64,000 nt of DNA from Utricularia gibba (GCA_002189035.1 NEEC01000008.1:1736001-1800000); one strand, 5' to 3'; numbered from the stretch's first letter, positions 1 to 13,639 are shown. The notes: a model not told the origin generated them from the sequence alone. Numbers and translations: made by a program.

Positions 1-1
1 C

Positions 2-612
2 ATGCACATCAGCTCAACGGTATGCATCTGTTCTTGTGCTTATATTTTTTTTAAATACAATTCTAGTATATACTTAACCTGCATATTTGATTTGAAGGTG
101 ACTGGGGAATTGTCACCTGGTTTGACGAGCTGGGATGCTCTGCGCGCGGCACTGCCGGTCGGAACAGTGAGTGGAGCCCCAAAGGTCGTCTCCAACGTTC
201 CTCGGAACCCAAAAGCTAGCTAGCAATGAAACCATCTTTCTGAGCTTGCTATTCCTTCTTTGGTTCGCAGGTTAAGGCTATGGAACTGATCGATCAGCTC
301 GAAGTTACGAGACGAGGGCCATACAGTGGTGGTTTTGGAGGCATTTCATTCTCAGGCGACATGGACATCGCCCTGGCTCTTAGAACTATCGTTTTTTCGA
401 CCAGCGTCCTCTATGAGACCATGTTTTCTTACAAGGACGGCAAGAAGAGGCGCGACTGGGTGGCCCATCTCCAAGCTGGTGCCGGAATCGTCGCAGACAG
501 CAAGCCGGAAGACGAGCAGGCCGAGTGCCAAAACAAGGCTGCAGCTCTCGCGCGCGCCATTGATCTTGCAGAGTCTTCGTTTCTTGGAGTCACTGAGAGC
601 CGGAGGAAATGA
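2..612 (+). CDS. ASA: Anthranilate synthase alpha subunit, 3' part (gene starts upstream of window); exons 2-19, 98-184, 271-612
   Basis: Spliced translation gives MHISST / [23 protein letters not shown] / [63 protein letters not shown], the chorismate-binding C-terminus; GT-AG introns. Confidence 0.95.
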
Positions 613-909
613 ATCCACCAACGCCGCCGTGATCCCACTTCGTATCATGGCGGCTCCGGTTACAGCCGTTATTATTCCCTGTGATTTCTAGACGCTAGTG
701 CTGTGGTACAGATTACGGACCATGGGATTGCTTCTCAGAAGGCATTGTAAAAAGAAGTGTCTGACATCGTTTTGGTCGAACCAACTCCATTCTCAAGCCT
801 TCTTCTCCGATGATCTGATCACACGCACTATGCTTAAAGTTTCTATTATTTGTTCTCAAGTGATATGTCTGTCCTAAATCCCTCATCATGATGGAAAAGT
901 TTCTGTTAT

Positions 910-2002
<1,093 letters not shown>

Positions 2003-2261
2003 GGGATGCGTGTTGATGATGGAGATAGAGTATAGAGATCTGAGGTTAAAAACGAAGAAACAAATTGCTTGTGGTTGTGGTGGAGAGGAAGAGAGACGCT
2101 GCTTGTTTCATGCGCTTTGCTTCAAATTTAGAACATCCTATTTTGGAAACCAATTATTCATGAATTTATAAATATTAAATTGGAACTCATTATTACGTCA
2201 TCATAGTCGTAATGATTTTGATCTTTAGGGTTTTTGTTTCCGATTTGGGGTGGATATTCAA

Positions 2262-2289
2262 ACCCGTAACCGTTACGGGTCGGACTAGT
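2262..2289 (+). mobile_element. Helitron-like 3' terminus (hairpin + CTAG|T)
   Basis: Perfect inverted repeat ACCCGTAAC-C-GTTACGGGT (2262-2280), then CGGA, CTAG (2285-2288) and T; no Rep/helicase sequence nearby. Confidence 0.35.
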
Positions 2290-2648
2290 GAAAATATCAA
2301 TTTATCTCACATAATAAGATAAGAAAATCATAAATAAGGTGATCATTTTTGTCACATATTTTTTATCGAGTGTGTATTTTTCTTATATACTTGACCCCAC
2401 CAGTTGAACATATTTTAAATTTTATTAACAATCAAATATATTTTATAGCTTATTTAATACAATTTATCTAATTTATCGACCTGTGGAGGTTGACTGAAAA
2501 CTGATCGATCGAAATAGGAACCGGCCCGGCCCGATTCGATTTGCTTTGTATGTCCGGTCTTAAGATGTGGAAGTCGCGGTGGCGTACGGTGGTCGAGACT
2601 TGGGTAGGCGTGGGCTGGTTGATCGGATTCAACTGTCTCCTGTCAGCG

Positions 2649-3913
2649 ATGGCTTCACCGCAATCTGCTTATGATTTCATTGTGAAGGTCAGTTGTTCCG
2701 CGGGTTCTTTTTGCTCTTTACGTGTTTCATGTTTCATTTTCTAGGGTTCGACGGGTAAGTAGTGCAAGCTTTGTTTTGCTATGGTTTTCTTGGCACAGTA
2801 GTGCTGGTTCAACTTCGTAAGACCAGATATACTCTCAATTCTCATAACCGTGTTTCTGTAGCATGTAGTTTTAGTTTTACTGTCCCTTGAGCTACAGCCC
2901 ATTAACGAGGAAATCTAGATGTGCTCGTTGGTGAGTGTCTCTCTGAGGTATGGTTAATTGGTTGTGCTTTCAGGATTCCAATGGAAATGATCTGCATCTA
3001 AGCACCTTCAGAGGCAGGGTCTTGCTGATAGTGAATGTAGCGTCTAAGTGGTAAGGATTGCTCAAAAGGGAGATTTTTTGAATTGAATATCTAGATATGG
3101 AGTCTTTCATGGTTTCTACATAATGATGTTTGGAATGATGGTTGTTGCATGCAATCATACCCTTCCGTTCCCTGGTTTTTTAAAGTATTTCTGGAATGGA
3201 GTTTTCCTAATGATAATGTTGATTTGTTTTCATTTTTTGTAGTGGAATGACCAATTCCAACTATGAAGAGCTGAATCAACTATATGAGAAGTACAAAGAT
3301 GAAGGCATGTAATTCACTGCTGATACGCGCTCATTTCTTCTGCCCACAAGGGCCAAGTTCTTGGACTGAACATTTGCTGTGTGGAAATAGGCCTTGAGAT
3401 TCTTGCGTTCCCATGCAATCAGTTCGGGGAAGAAGAGCCTGGAAGCAATGTGGAGATTGTGGAGTTCGTCTGTTCTCGATTCAAATCACAGTTTCAAGTG
3501 CTTGGTAAGGTATGCCAATGAACATGCACTACATGATGATGAAAAAAGTAAAGGGTAACAGTCTCTGCTGACGCAGGGGAGAACCTTTTTCTTGTGATAA
3601 TCATTTTACACTTTCTACTCAATATCAGATCGAGGTGAATGGCGAAAATGCGGCTCCTTTATACAAGTTCTTGAAGATGGGTAAGTGGCAGATATTCGGT
3701 GATGACATTCAGTGGAATTTCGCCAAGTTCTTGGTCGACAAAAATGGCCAGCCGGCGGATCGATACTATCCCACCACTTCACCTCTCACAATCGAGGTAC
3801 ATACAACATACGCACAGTGGGGTTGTGTCGGAATTAAACATGCAATGAGTTTCTTTCCCTTTGTTTGATGTTGGATGCAGAGGGACATTAGAAAGCTCCT
3901 TGGGCTTCCCTAG
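2649..3913 (+). CDS. GPX8: Glutathione (thioredoxin) peroxidase, GPX8-like, 6 exons; intron 3 is GC-AG
   Basis: [13 protein letters not shown] / [26 protein letters not shown] / [20 protein letters not shown] / [18 protein letters not shown] / [51 protein letters not shown] / [24 protein letters not shown] and WNFAKF motifs present. Confidence 0.95.
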
Positions 3914-4421
3914 TTTGTTCGCTATTCATGGTGGAGGGAGATTCTCCGGATGGAACTCTAACAATGAAGCCTACGTGTTATGTATGTCTTGAGTTTGGAA
4001 AACAAGTGTACTGTAAATTGCCAGCCAGCTCACTGCTGATTGAGACACATCATGCATGGGATTGTTAAGACAAATAAAACTATCTATTATGCACTAGGCA
4101 AAGATGCACCTGGTACGCTTTGAAGTCCCATGTTGTCTTCAGCAATCACTCTCGGAAGCACTGTGTAAAATGTACACACCCGCCCGCCTACTCTTCGTCG
4201 TCTCCTAACGGCAAGTGCCCCATCTTTTTCTTTTCTTGTTCTTGCTTTGTGAAGAGGGGACCTAGCAAAGTTTGATATTGCTGTAAGCTTCTTTATTGTT
4301 GGATGGTAAGAAATCCGCGTCCGTGGACCTTCGTCTTCCATGGCATGCACACTGTTACTTGTTGCTAACAGGCCACAGTCGCGCCTCAGCCATAAAGCTT
4401 TGACATTTTGCTTCAATGCTT

Positions 4422-6423
4422 TCAGAGTTTCTCAAGCACTACCTTCACTCCATGTTCAGGCTGTATCGCGAGTGCGAACCCTGGAGAGTGCTCATAAGCT
4501 GGAGACAGAGACAATCTATACTTGCAAAGAGTCAGCGAGAGAACAATCTTCAACACAGCCATGGCGAAGTTCTGACCGACACAAGTGCGAGTTCCGAACC
4601 CAAAGTGCATGAAGGCATAGGGAGCCTTGCAAGCACCTGATATTCCCTTGGTAAATCGCTCTGGTTTGAAGACATGAGCGTCCGGCCCCCAAAGGCTTTC
4701 GTCCCTATGCATTATGGCTATAGGAACCTGGATATCCATCCCTTTTGGTATTATGATACCCCCCAAGTTCACATCCTCTAAGGCTTCCCTCTCCACGAAT
4801 GCCACTGGTGGGTAGAGCCTTAGTGTTTCATGAATCACCATGGTCAGCTGTCATTGGAGAATTTGATGTTTTTTTCAGACAAGGGATAGGAGTGGAATGA
4901 AAACGCTAATTTTCAGACAGCATACCAGCTTCATCTTGGGCAGCATACTGGCTGTTGGGATGTCCGCACTGCAGATTTCAAGCACCTCTATACGAACACG
5001 TGCTTGCCAATCTGGATAAGCAGCCAGTGTCATGAAACACCATGATGCCGCAATGGCAGTGTTTTGATGAGCAGCAAGGAAAATGCTCTTGCAGTTATCA
5101 ACAATGAATTGGTTCCGACTGATAGTGGCTGGCATGTTGTTTTCATCTCCAGAACTTTCAGCAGCTGCATGTATGATTTGTAAAAGTTTTCCTTTTTTAT
5201 CATCTTGGCTTCTGGAGTTGACAACTTCAAGTACCATTGAATCTATTTCTCTGGCAAGTTTCCATATGTTCAGGTTCTGTCGAGTCGGTATGTACCTGAA
5301 ATAAAATTAAAATAAGTGATTCCAAGCGCACATCAGCCAATGAAATGATGAACAAGAACCTGGAATACCTTAGTCCAGGGACTCCAATGCTACAACTTGA
5401 CATCATCCTTTCAAGAGATTGAATTTTTTGGAAGATTTGTTCTCCTTGTATGTAGCTTCCTCCGAAGCACACCTTTGATATTATATCTGCAGACAAATTT
5501 CTCAAATCCTCATCTATGGTTATATCCAGCTTCCCAGAAGCACTATTTATCTTCTCCTCCCATGTTCTTAGCATTCCCATGGTGGACTCCACCATCAGTT
5601 TCATCATCCCCTGTGACAGCAAACAAGCTGTTTTATAAATTCAGAATTTGATCCTCCAACTGAACAACTCTGGATAGCTCTCTAGATACCTTGACTTTAT
5701 CAAGATAAAACTCAGGCGCAATAATCTGCCTCTGATAAGCCCAGTACGCACCATTTGATGAAAAAATGCCTCTACCCAGTAGAGGACCTCGATCAGTTGA
5801 TAGATACAAGGGCTTACCAAGGTTCTGTGAAGTGTAGTGACTCATTTCCTTCACCATCCCCGGATCAGTACAGCATAGAAATTTTATGTTCCCGACAGAG
5901 TACGCAAATCGATCTCCTGTAACACTGTCCCATCAAACAACGAAGCACAAAAAAGAGATGCACTCACATTTACAAATGCCAGCATCCACCTCAACACCCT
6001 GTATGATAATGAATAATACTGGTAACTTCATAAGAGTTACTGTAACCATGTGCTGAGTCAAAGGGTATCACTTATAGCTTTCCTTCATCGCCAGGGAGAA
6101 TAATGATGCTTATGAGTTGAAAATTTGAAGTTATTACCGTAAACTTTCCTCCACTGTTCGAGATGCGGAAAAACCACGTGTGTCCAGGAGTGGGAAATCT
6201 CATTCTGTGACCCAGATTTTTTCTCTGCCACCTCTTGAGAAATCCTCTTCATTTCATGAATATTGCCAAAGAAAACTGAAGGTTTAGGCCCTCTAACCCC
6301 TTGCTTCTCGAGCGTTTTAATCAGTCTTCTCGGCTTCCAAATCAAGGAATCAAAAACCCAAAAGCAACACAAGGAAAAACACCCGAAGAATAGCGAAAAA
6401 ACAATTTTTTCCGCCACAGTCAT
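4422..6423 (-). CDS. CYP714: Cytochrome P450, CYP714 family (CYP72 clan), 5 exons, atypical I-helix
   Basis: N-terminal anchor then LEKQGVRGPKPS; LGKPLYLSTDRGPLLGRGI; DLRNLSADIISKVCFG; FIVDNCKS; ETLRLYPP; FKPERF; heme motif FGFGTRTCVG. True ATG at 6423 (the ORF-track start is TTG); frame intact over four GT-AG introns. Confidence 0.93.
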
Positions 6424-6922
6424 ATTGCCAGATTCCAAAGTTCGCCGGATGGATGACTGCTGAGGAGACGAGAAGCACAGTATGTGCTGTCAGCACCGCT
6501 TCATCAGTTTAAGGACTTTTCGTTGGTTAGGAGAAGAGGTAATCTCATATTACGACAATGAAATTCATCTCGAGTCAAATATGAATCTTTTATGACAGAC
6601 AGTGAAACAAGAATCGTTGTTGTTAGGAATCTTTTAGACAGTGAAACAAGATTATAGAAACTTATGATTTCTAGATTGGAGTAACACACGAGTCGGATAC
6701 TTCATCTGTAAATAGTCATGATAATTGATTTCAAGAGAAACTAGAAACTAGCAATGAAGAGAACCCAAGCAAATCATCATATAATTTGTCACATTTGTCA
6801 TCATACTTCATTTCCAAAATGATTTTTCAGATCACTAAGGGTTCAAAGGCTTTAGCTATTTAAGCTAGACTACCACAAAAGATCAATGCACATTGGATCT
6901 TGATGGTCATGATGCTTCAAGA

Positions 6923-7904
6923 TCAAAAGGTAAACACCGCAGCACAGCACGCTACCCTGTGACAGCACTGAGAACTTGAACTGAAATCTCATTTTCAGTG
7001 GGTTCACGGGGGATGGCTAGATCAGAATCACGTTCAACTTACCCAACCGGAACAGACTCATTTGAATTCGTATCAATAGCATAGTTTGAATAAAAAAACA
7101 AAACCCCAGTGTTAGTGAGGCACATTTTAACTTTTTCCCCATCATGAATAGATGGTAGGTCGGATTTACGCTCTGGTAATGGTGATAAATGCCTCTCGGG
7201 CTTCTGCTCAGTTTCCGGAGGAACTAACGCCATATAATCCTAAAATGACAAGCATTTGGATGTCAGCAAGTGAGTTGAAAATTTTCAATTGAACAAGTTA
7301 CAAAATGAGGTTTCAATAAGTCATTCAACCATGGCGGAAAAGTCGGTAGGTAGCACATGGTATATGGCATCTAAACCGGCTACTGTTTCATCAGTAGTCA
7401 TACCATGAGAAAGACTACTGTTTTAAAAGTTTTACACGGCATCAACACTTGGTGCATGTCATCGCGAACGATCCATCACTAAAATGCTTAATAATAACAA
7501 GAGCGCAAAGGAAACTTTCCACCCAGAAAGAACCAACACTGCACTAAACTTCCACACATTCGTCCCCAAAACACACACACTCCATTAGCAACAATAGCAA
7601 GTTCAGTTTAGCCCACAAACAAAAAAACAGACCCGCAACACCAGATTCCTCATAAACCCATGCTTCAAATCACCTCTGTATTGAAAAACTCGGAAGAGTT
7701 CACCCGAAGGAGGCTGAGGTTGAGCTTACAAGGAACCGGGATAGCAGAAAAAGCGGGCCGGCGCGGAAGCACAAAGAAGGACATGGGACCATTTGGAGGT
7801 TCAACATTCGGCGCAGCCCGAAAAACCTCCCTCAAGAGATGATTAGCAGCGGCATCCGTCGCCGGAGCAGAGAAATGGCAATGGTTAGCGGCGTGGCGGA
7901 GCAT
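6923..7904 (-). other. Unrecognised spliced locus (possible small gene or degenerate gene)
   Basis: ATG at 7904 opens a 77-codon exon-like ORF; donor-like sites at 7729 (GTAAGC), 7673, 7329 and 7042 (GG|GTAAGT); acceptors before 7478, 7417, 7239 and 6956. Open blocks DGSFAMTCTK, SLSHGMTTDETVAGLDAIYHVLPTDFSAM, DYMALVPPETEQKPERHLSP. Exon 1 phase does not join cleanly. Confidence 0.4.
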
Positions 7905-8113
7905 GACGTGAAGCTAATCGCTCGGTTTTGCAAGTCGGAAAGTGAGGTCGGTGCGGAATCGAACCGTTTGAGTCGGCTTCGCGTGTCAACGAAGTTCAAA
8001 CATATGAACTTCCCAATTCCATATATTTATTAGAATTAAAATTACCATTTTAATTGCAATAAAAAAAAAAGGATGGCCCGACCCGATGTACGGCTCATGA
8101 ATTGATGTGTGAT

Positions 8114-8400
8114 ACAGAAGCGCAACAGTGACTCCAATCCAGAGAAGACACTTGCATCAAGCCTCACATACTATTTGACTGATCAAGCACATGCAACAAA
8201 ACTTCTAGCATTCATCAAGGTTTCAAAGGATCATGTCATTGCAGCAAGGCCCACATATACAGAAGCAACAGTGAATCCAACCCAGAAAAGAGAGTTGCAC
8301 CAAACCCCACATACCATTTGACTGATCGAAGCACATGCAGCAACACCTCCTGCATTTATCAAGGTTTCAAAGGGATCGTGTCATTGCAACAGCTTGCATA
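8114..8400. repeat. Direct tandem duplication, ~145-bp period, covering the KIN17 stop codon and 3' UTR
   Basis: Copies start at 8114 (ACAGAAGCGCAACAGTG) and 8259 (ACAGAAGCAACAGTG); both contain TTTGACTGATC..AAGCACATGCA..CATT[CT]ATCAAGGTTTCAAAGG..GTCATTGCA. Confidence 0.85.
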
Positions 8401-9580
8401 TATCCTCATACTCCACAGCCTTGAGAACCCTTCCCTCATATAATCCTTTCTCGATCTGCACTTTCGCACAGAACTTACTGGCATCGATTGACAACAGTTT
8501 GGCACGCTCGCCCCGGTATGCACCGTTAACGATCCTGACAATCCCTCCGATCTGTGGAATCACAGTCTCCAACTCCTCCTGATCAACTCTCAAAACATGG
8601 TGATTACTAAGCATCTCGATCTCCCCCACATACCTATCTATAACCTTCCTCACCACCCCCTTCTGCTTATAGTACCCCTTGTCTTCCAAAGCCTTGCTCA
8701 TAACCTTAACCACGATACCTTCAAAGAGCCAATAGTCTTTCCTGTTACTCTTTTCCTTCACCTTTTCTTCCTCCATTATCAATTCATCCAAAGCTGAAGG
8801 ATTCTTGGTTGAGGTTTCCTCACCACCATCCCGTTTTCGCTTAAGGGCCGTGTTACCATCGTTACCCTCATCAAAAACCAATCTTGAGCCTTCTCTAGCC
8901 CCATCTGCTTCAGCTTTCTTCTTAGCTTGAAGCAAACTAAGTTTTACCTTTTCAGCCTCACCATTTGTTCTGTCCAAAACCTTCGGCTTTGATTCTTCTT
9001 CTACCACGGTTTTCTCAGTACCCTCCACCGCAATCTGTTCAGCTCTCTCGATCTGCCTCTGAATCGCCTTCTCCTGCTTCTCCTCATCCACAAGATCCGC
9101 CTTAATTCTCTTATTCTTCAACTTCTCCTTAAAAAGAGTCTCCGAATCACGATCAATATACGTAATAAACCAACCCTTGGGAGTATCCTCCACCTTGCAC
9201 TTCCCCTCCCTACCCAAATATTTGACGAACTCCGTCAGCGTAGCCCAGCGAGTTGAGTTCATATGAACATGATGACGATCGGAGATGTACTCGTTGTACA
9301 CGACAGTCGCAGCAATACGGCTGAATCGGTGGCTCCGCTTCATATGCTCGAGAAAAGTAGTCTCAAACTCTTCCGAATATCCATGAACGATGCGCGTAGG
9401 GTTCTGACCAAAAATCTGCATCTGCCTTTGATGGGACTCGCTCATACAATGGCACTTGAACCCGTTCTCGTCCCGGCACTGCTTCTGGCACATCTGGCAG
9501 TACCATCGCAGTTTCTGCAACCCCTTCGCCTTGATCCGATTCGCTATCGCCTTCGGCGTCAAAAATTCGTTCTTCCCCAT
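8381..9580 (-). CDS. KIN17: KIN17 DNA/RNA-binding protein (C2H2 zinc finger, winged helix, KOW/SH3-like), intronless
   Basis: MGKNEFLTPKAIANRIKAKGLQKLRWYCQMCQKQCRDENGFKCHCMSESHQRQM..HVHMNSTRWATLTEF..QEELETVIPQIGG; single ORF, ATG at 9580. Confidence 0.97.
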   Translation of the reverse strand: MGKNEFLTPKAIANRIKAKGLQKLRWYCQMCQKQCRDENGFKCHCMSESHQRQMQIFGQNPTRIVHGYSEEFETTFLEHMKRSHRFSRIAATVVYNEYISDRHHVHMNSTRWATLTEFVKYLGREGKCKVEDTPKGWFITYIDRDSETLFKEKLKNKRIKADLVDEEKQEKAIQRQIERAEQIAVEGTEKTVVEEESKPKVLDRTNGEAEKVKLSLLQAKKKAEADGAREGSRLVFDEGNDGNTALKRKRDGGEETSTKNPSALDELIMEEEKVKEKSNRKDYWLFEGIVVKVMSKALEDKGYYKQKGVVRKVIDRYVGEIEMLSNHHVLRVDQEELETVIPQIGGIVRIVNGAYRGERAKLLSIDASKFCAKVQIEKGLYEGRVLKAVEYEDICKLLQ

Positions 9581-10090
9581 CGGAAATTTAGGTTCCAAAC
9601 AGGATTCAGAAGAAAGGGATTTGAAGACAAGAAATCGGGGATTTCACAGCGTGGGATTTTGATGATTTGGTGTCGATGACGTCACAAGAGGAACTGGGCT
9701 TCTTGTTGGGCCTCCACTATTAAAGTGGACCGCAAGATCGTATCGTCCAAATTTTTTTAAAAAAAATGTTATTTAAGATTTAAAATTAATATATTGTTTT
9801 TTATCAAAAATTATAAAGCATTATATTTTACCAAATTAATTAAATCCTTTTGAATTTATGTGTTATTACAAATAAAAAATATCTGTAAAAACTTACATTT
9901 GCAAATTTTTAAAATAAAAAATGATAGGAAACAAGGAGGGGCATCAAAATGTATATAACAAGAGACTCAAGTCGAAAGGAAACCAAAACAGCGTAGGAAT
10001 ATGAGAACCAAAAATAACAGAAGCGGAGGCCAACCCAATATCCATCCTACAGACCAGAGCATGTCAGAGACAACAAGTGTTGCTATAGCT

Positions 10091-11193
<1,103 letters not shown>

Positions 11194-11267
11194 TTTCGCT
11201 CTCCCTCCCTCTCTCGTGCTCCAACAAAGTGAACAGAGGAGGCTGAGAGATAAATCAACTCGTCGGC

Positions 11268-11338
11268 TAGGGTTTTCCTTACCTTCAGCATCAATGGGCC
11301 AGAATGCACCTTCTGTACTCAAATCACCACCCTGGGCT
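11268..11338 (-). promoter_or_regulatory. Telo-box plus site II motifs upstream of RPL13a
   Basis: TAGGGTTT at 11268-11275 (AAACCCTA on the gene strand), TGGGCC 11295-11300, TGGGCT 11333-11338: the known motif pair of plant ribosomal-protein promoters. Confidence 0.6.
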
Positions 11339-11499
11339 TTCAGCTCAGTTTCCTTGATTGGCCATGGCCCGCTCCGTCCGATAAACTCTCCTTTCTTCCT
11401 CGTTTTTTTCTTTCCTTTTTTTACTAGAAAAAAACCCTGTAATTTATTTTAAAATTAAGAAGTACTTCTTAAATTCAAGTGATATATAGGGCTTGTATT

Positions 11500-11900
11500 G
11501 TATTTAAAATCATATATAATTGAATCAATTTTAATATTATGTGAATATAATCAATTTGAAATTGTAAAATATTTTTGTATAATAACATAAAATTATATTA
11601 TAAAATTTAATAAAATAAAAAATATATTATAAATTTTGATATATTAAGTTATTATATAATTTAATGTTATGATATAAATGTATTTTTATAATAGATAAAA
11701 TTCAATATTATAATTTTTTTAATTAATATTTTATTCAATCTCTTAAAACAGAAATTTAAGAAATTTAATAATTTATAAAGTTAATCACAAAATCTGAATT
11801 TCTAATTTTAATACATTGATTAAAAATTAGAATATTCAAAAATTAAATATAATCTATTCAATAAATTAATAAAACAAAATATACACGAATTATTGATTGA
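11500..11900 (-). repeat. AT-rich dispersed repeat family, copy A (non-autonomous TE/MITE-like); ends approximate
   Basis: Reverse complement aligns by eye with 37725-38050; shares the exact 31-mer TATATTATAAAATTTAATAAAATAAAAAATA with 16041-16071. Confidence 0.7.
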
Positions 11901-12282
11901 ACAAATTGAAATTATTCTACAAGACCGTTGGATATTCCAAAAGTAGATGTTACATGCAATAACTAGAGATGGGTAAATGAACACAGTGTTAGGTACTTGC
12001 AACCATCCATCTTACCAAAGGAATTCCAAACGAAAGGATTCCATCATGTGAACTGTTCCCATTATCATACGGGTCTTGAGCAACAGTTTCCTTCGAGCTG
12101 CTTTAGGTATTTCTTTTGTAGCCCTTTTCTGTTATCCTCTCAAGAGCAAACTGGGGTTCTGAGAGGGAGATGGATCCCCAGGAAAGCTTGAAATGACTCA
12201 AGCATGGCCGGCCCCGAAACCCATCGTCAGCATCCTTTAAATAGAAGATCACAATGGGGAAGAGAGCAGGCAGGAGGTAAAA

Positions 12283-12908
12283 ATGAAGCCCTTTTCTCCG
12301 TTCTTATCTTGCATCCTGATGATCATGATCATCCGAACTGCTGAATCCCAGAACTTGATCACGTCTCAGTGCAGGAGGTTCGCCATGGAGGATCCCAACA
12401 TTGACTCTACCTTCTGCACGACTTCCCTGCAAGCTGCCCCCGGCAGCGATCGCGCTGGATTGAAAGGACTCGGCTCCATCTCAATCCATCTTGTTCGTCG
12501 CAACGTAACCGACACCCGCCGCTACATCAAACAGGTACACTGTTAGAGATGAAACCCTGGTTGAGATCCTTAATTTCAGCACTAACTAGAAGGCCCTGGT
12601 GTTCCATCCATCAGGCGCTGAAGAAGATGGAGTGGGATTCTTATGTGAGGCAGTGTTTGAGTGTTTGCCTGGAGCTCTACTCTGATGCAATCTCTTCCGT
12701 TAAAACAGCAAGGAGGGAATACAAGGCGGGTGAGAGGTACGAGGAAGCCAGCTTGCAGATGAGTGCAGTTCTCGATGCTCCAGAAACTTGTGAAGATGGT
12801 TTCAAGGAAGGCAATGGCGTGGCTTCGCCTCTGAGCAAGAGAAATGAGGACACGCTGCAGCTTTCCGCCATAGCTCTTTCTATCATCCACCTTTTACAGA
12901 AGGGTTGA
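12283..12908 (+). CDS. Secreted invertase / pectin methylesterase inhibitor (PMEI domain), 2 exons (intron 12535-12614)
   Basis: Signal peptide, CRR..FCTTSL, CLSVCLELYSDA, SAVLDAPETCEDGF, SPLSKRN..LSAIALSII; GT..CTAAC..CAG intron restores RYIKQ|ALKKM in phase 0. Confidence 0.88.
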
Positions 12909-13037
12909 GATGCTTCAAACCGCTGGGGCTATTTTATTTTATCTAATGTTCCACTAGTTCACTTGGAGCAGTAAAACTACTTGGATTTAGGATGTGTGTA
13001 GTATGGAAGACTTATTTTGTAATTTATAAAATTAAAG

Positions 13038-13268
13038 TAGTGTTATGGAAAAATTTTAAAATCTATTTATACTTTTCAGAAGTAAAAATAATTTTGTTAT
13101 AGAACACTATTAATTGTAAAAGTAATTATATCAAAAACACTTTTAAAATTATAATTACAAAAGTAATTTTTGAAAAAGTAATGAATTGATTACTTTTACT
13201 TTTTATTTATATTTTTCAAAATTAATTTTGAAAAGTAAAAACATGTTTCAAAAATTTTCCAAAACATT
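13038..13268. mobile_element. Possible MITE bounded by imperfect terminal inverted repeats
   Basis: Left end AGTGTTATGGAAAAATTTTAAAA resembles the reverse complement of the right end (TTTCAAAAATTTTCCAAAACATT); AT-rich interior; no clear target-site duplication seen. Confidence 0.35.
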
Positions 13269-13639
13269 GTTAAGTGTTTTATAGAATACCTCTATTTGTT
13301 TTAAAACTTAAGTTCTAATTTTACTTCTATTTATTCATAAATTATTTCAATTTTAATTAATTCGTCAACTTATCACATAAGTTGATAAAATGTTACTTAT
13401 TCAATAAGTAGATTACTTAATTTCAAATAGACTAATTCTACTTATTTTATATTTAATTGTACAATAAAATTTACTTATGAATTAAATAGAAGTTGTTGAT
13501 TCAATCACACATACTACACCCTCTTTTTACATAAACCAAATTGATTAGTCCTATATATGCTTCATTAAAAATGTAATCTCACTTAGAAAATGTAAGATTT
13601 TAATATAAATATTAATATTTAACTCCTTATACCAATTAT

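Noticed and set aside
8368-8378. CAAAGGGATCG resembling miR393
   Set aside because: Only 11 nt match, it lies in the KIN17 3' UTR duplication, and no star arm or hairpin is visible.
9263-9679. 138-aa + strand ORF and similar long ORFs opposite real genes (e.g. 39207-39752, 46294-46785, 35350-35832)
   Set aside because: Antisense shadows of GC-rich coding sequence with no recognisable motifs.
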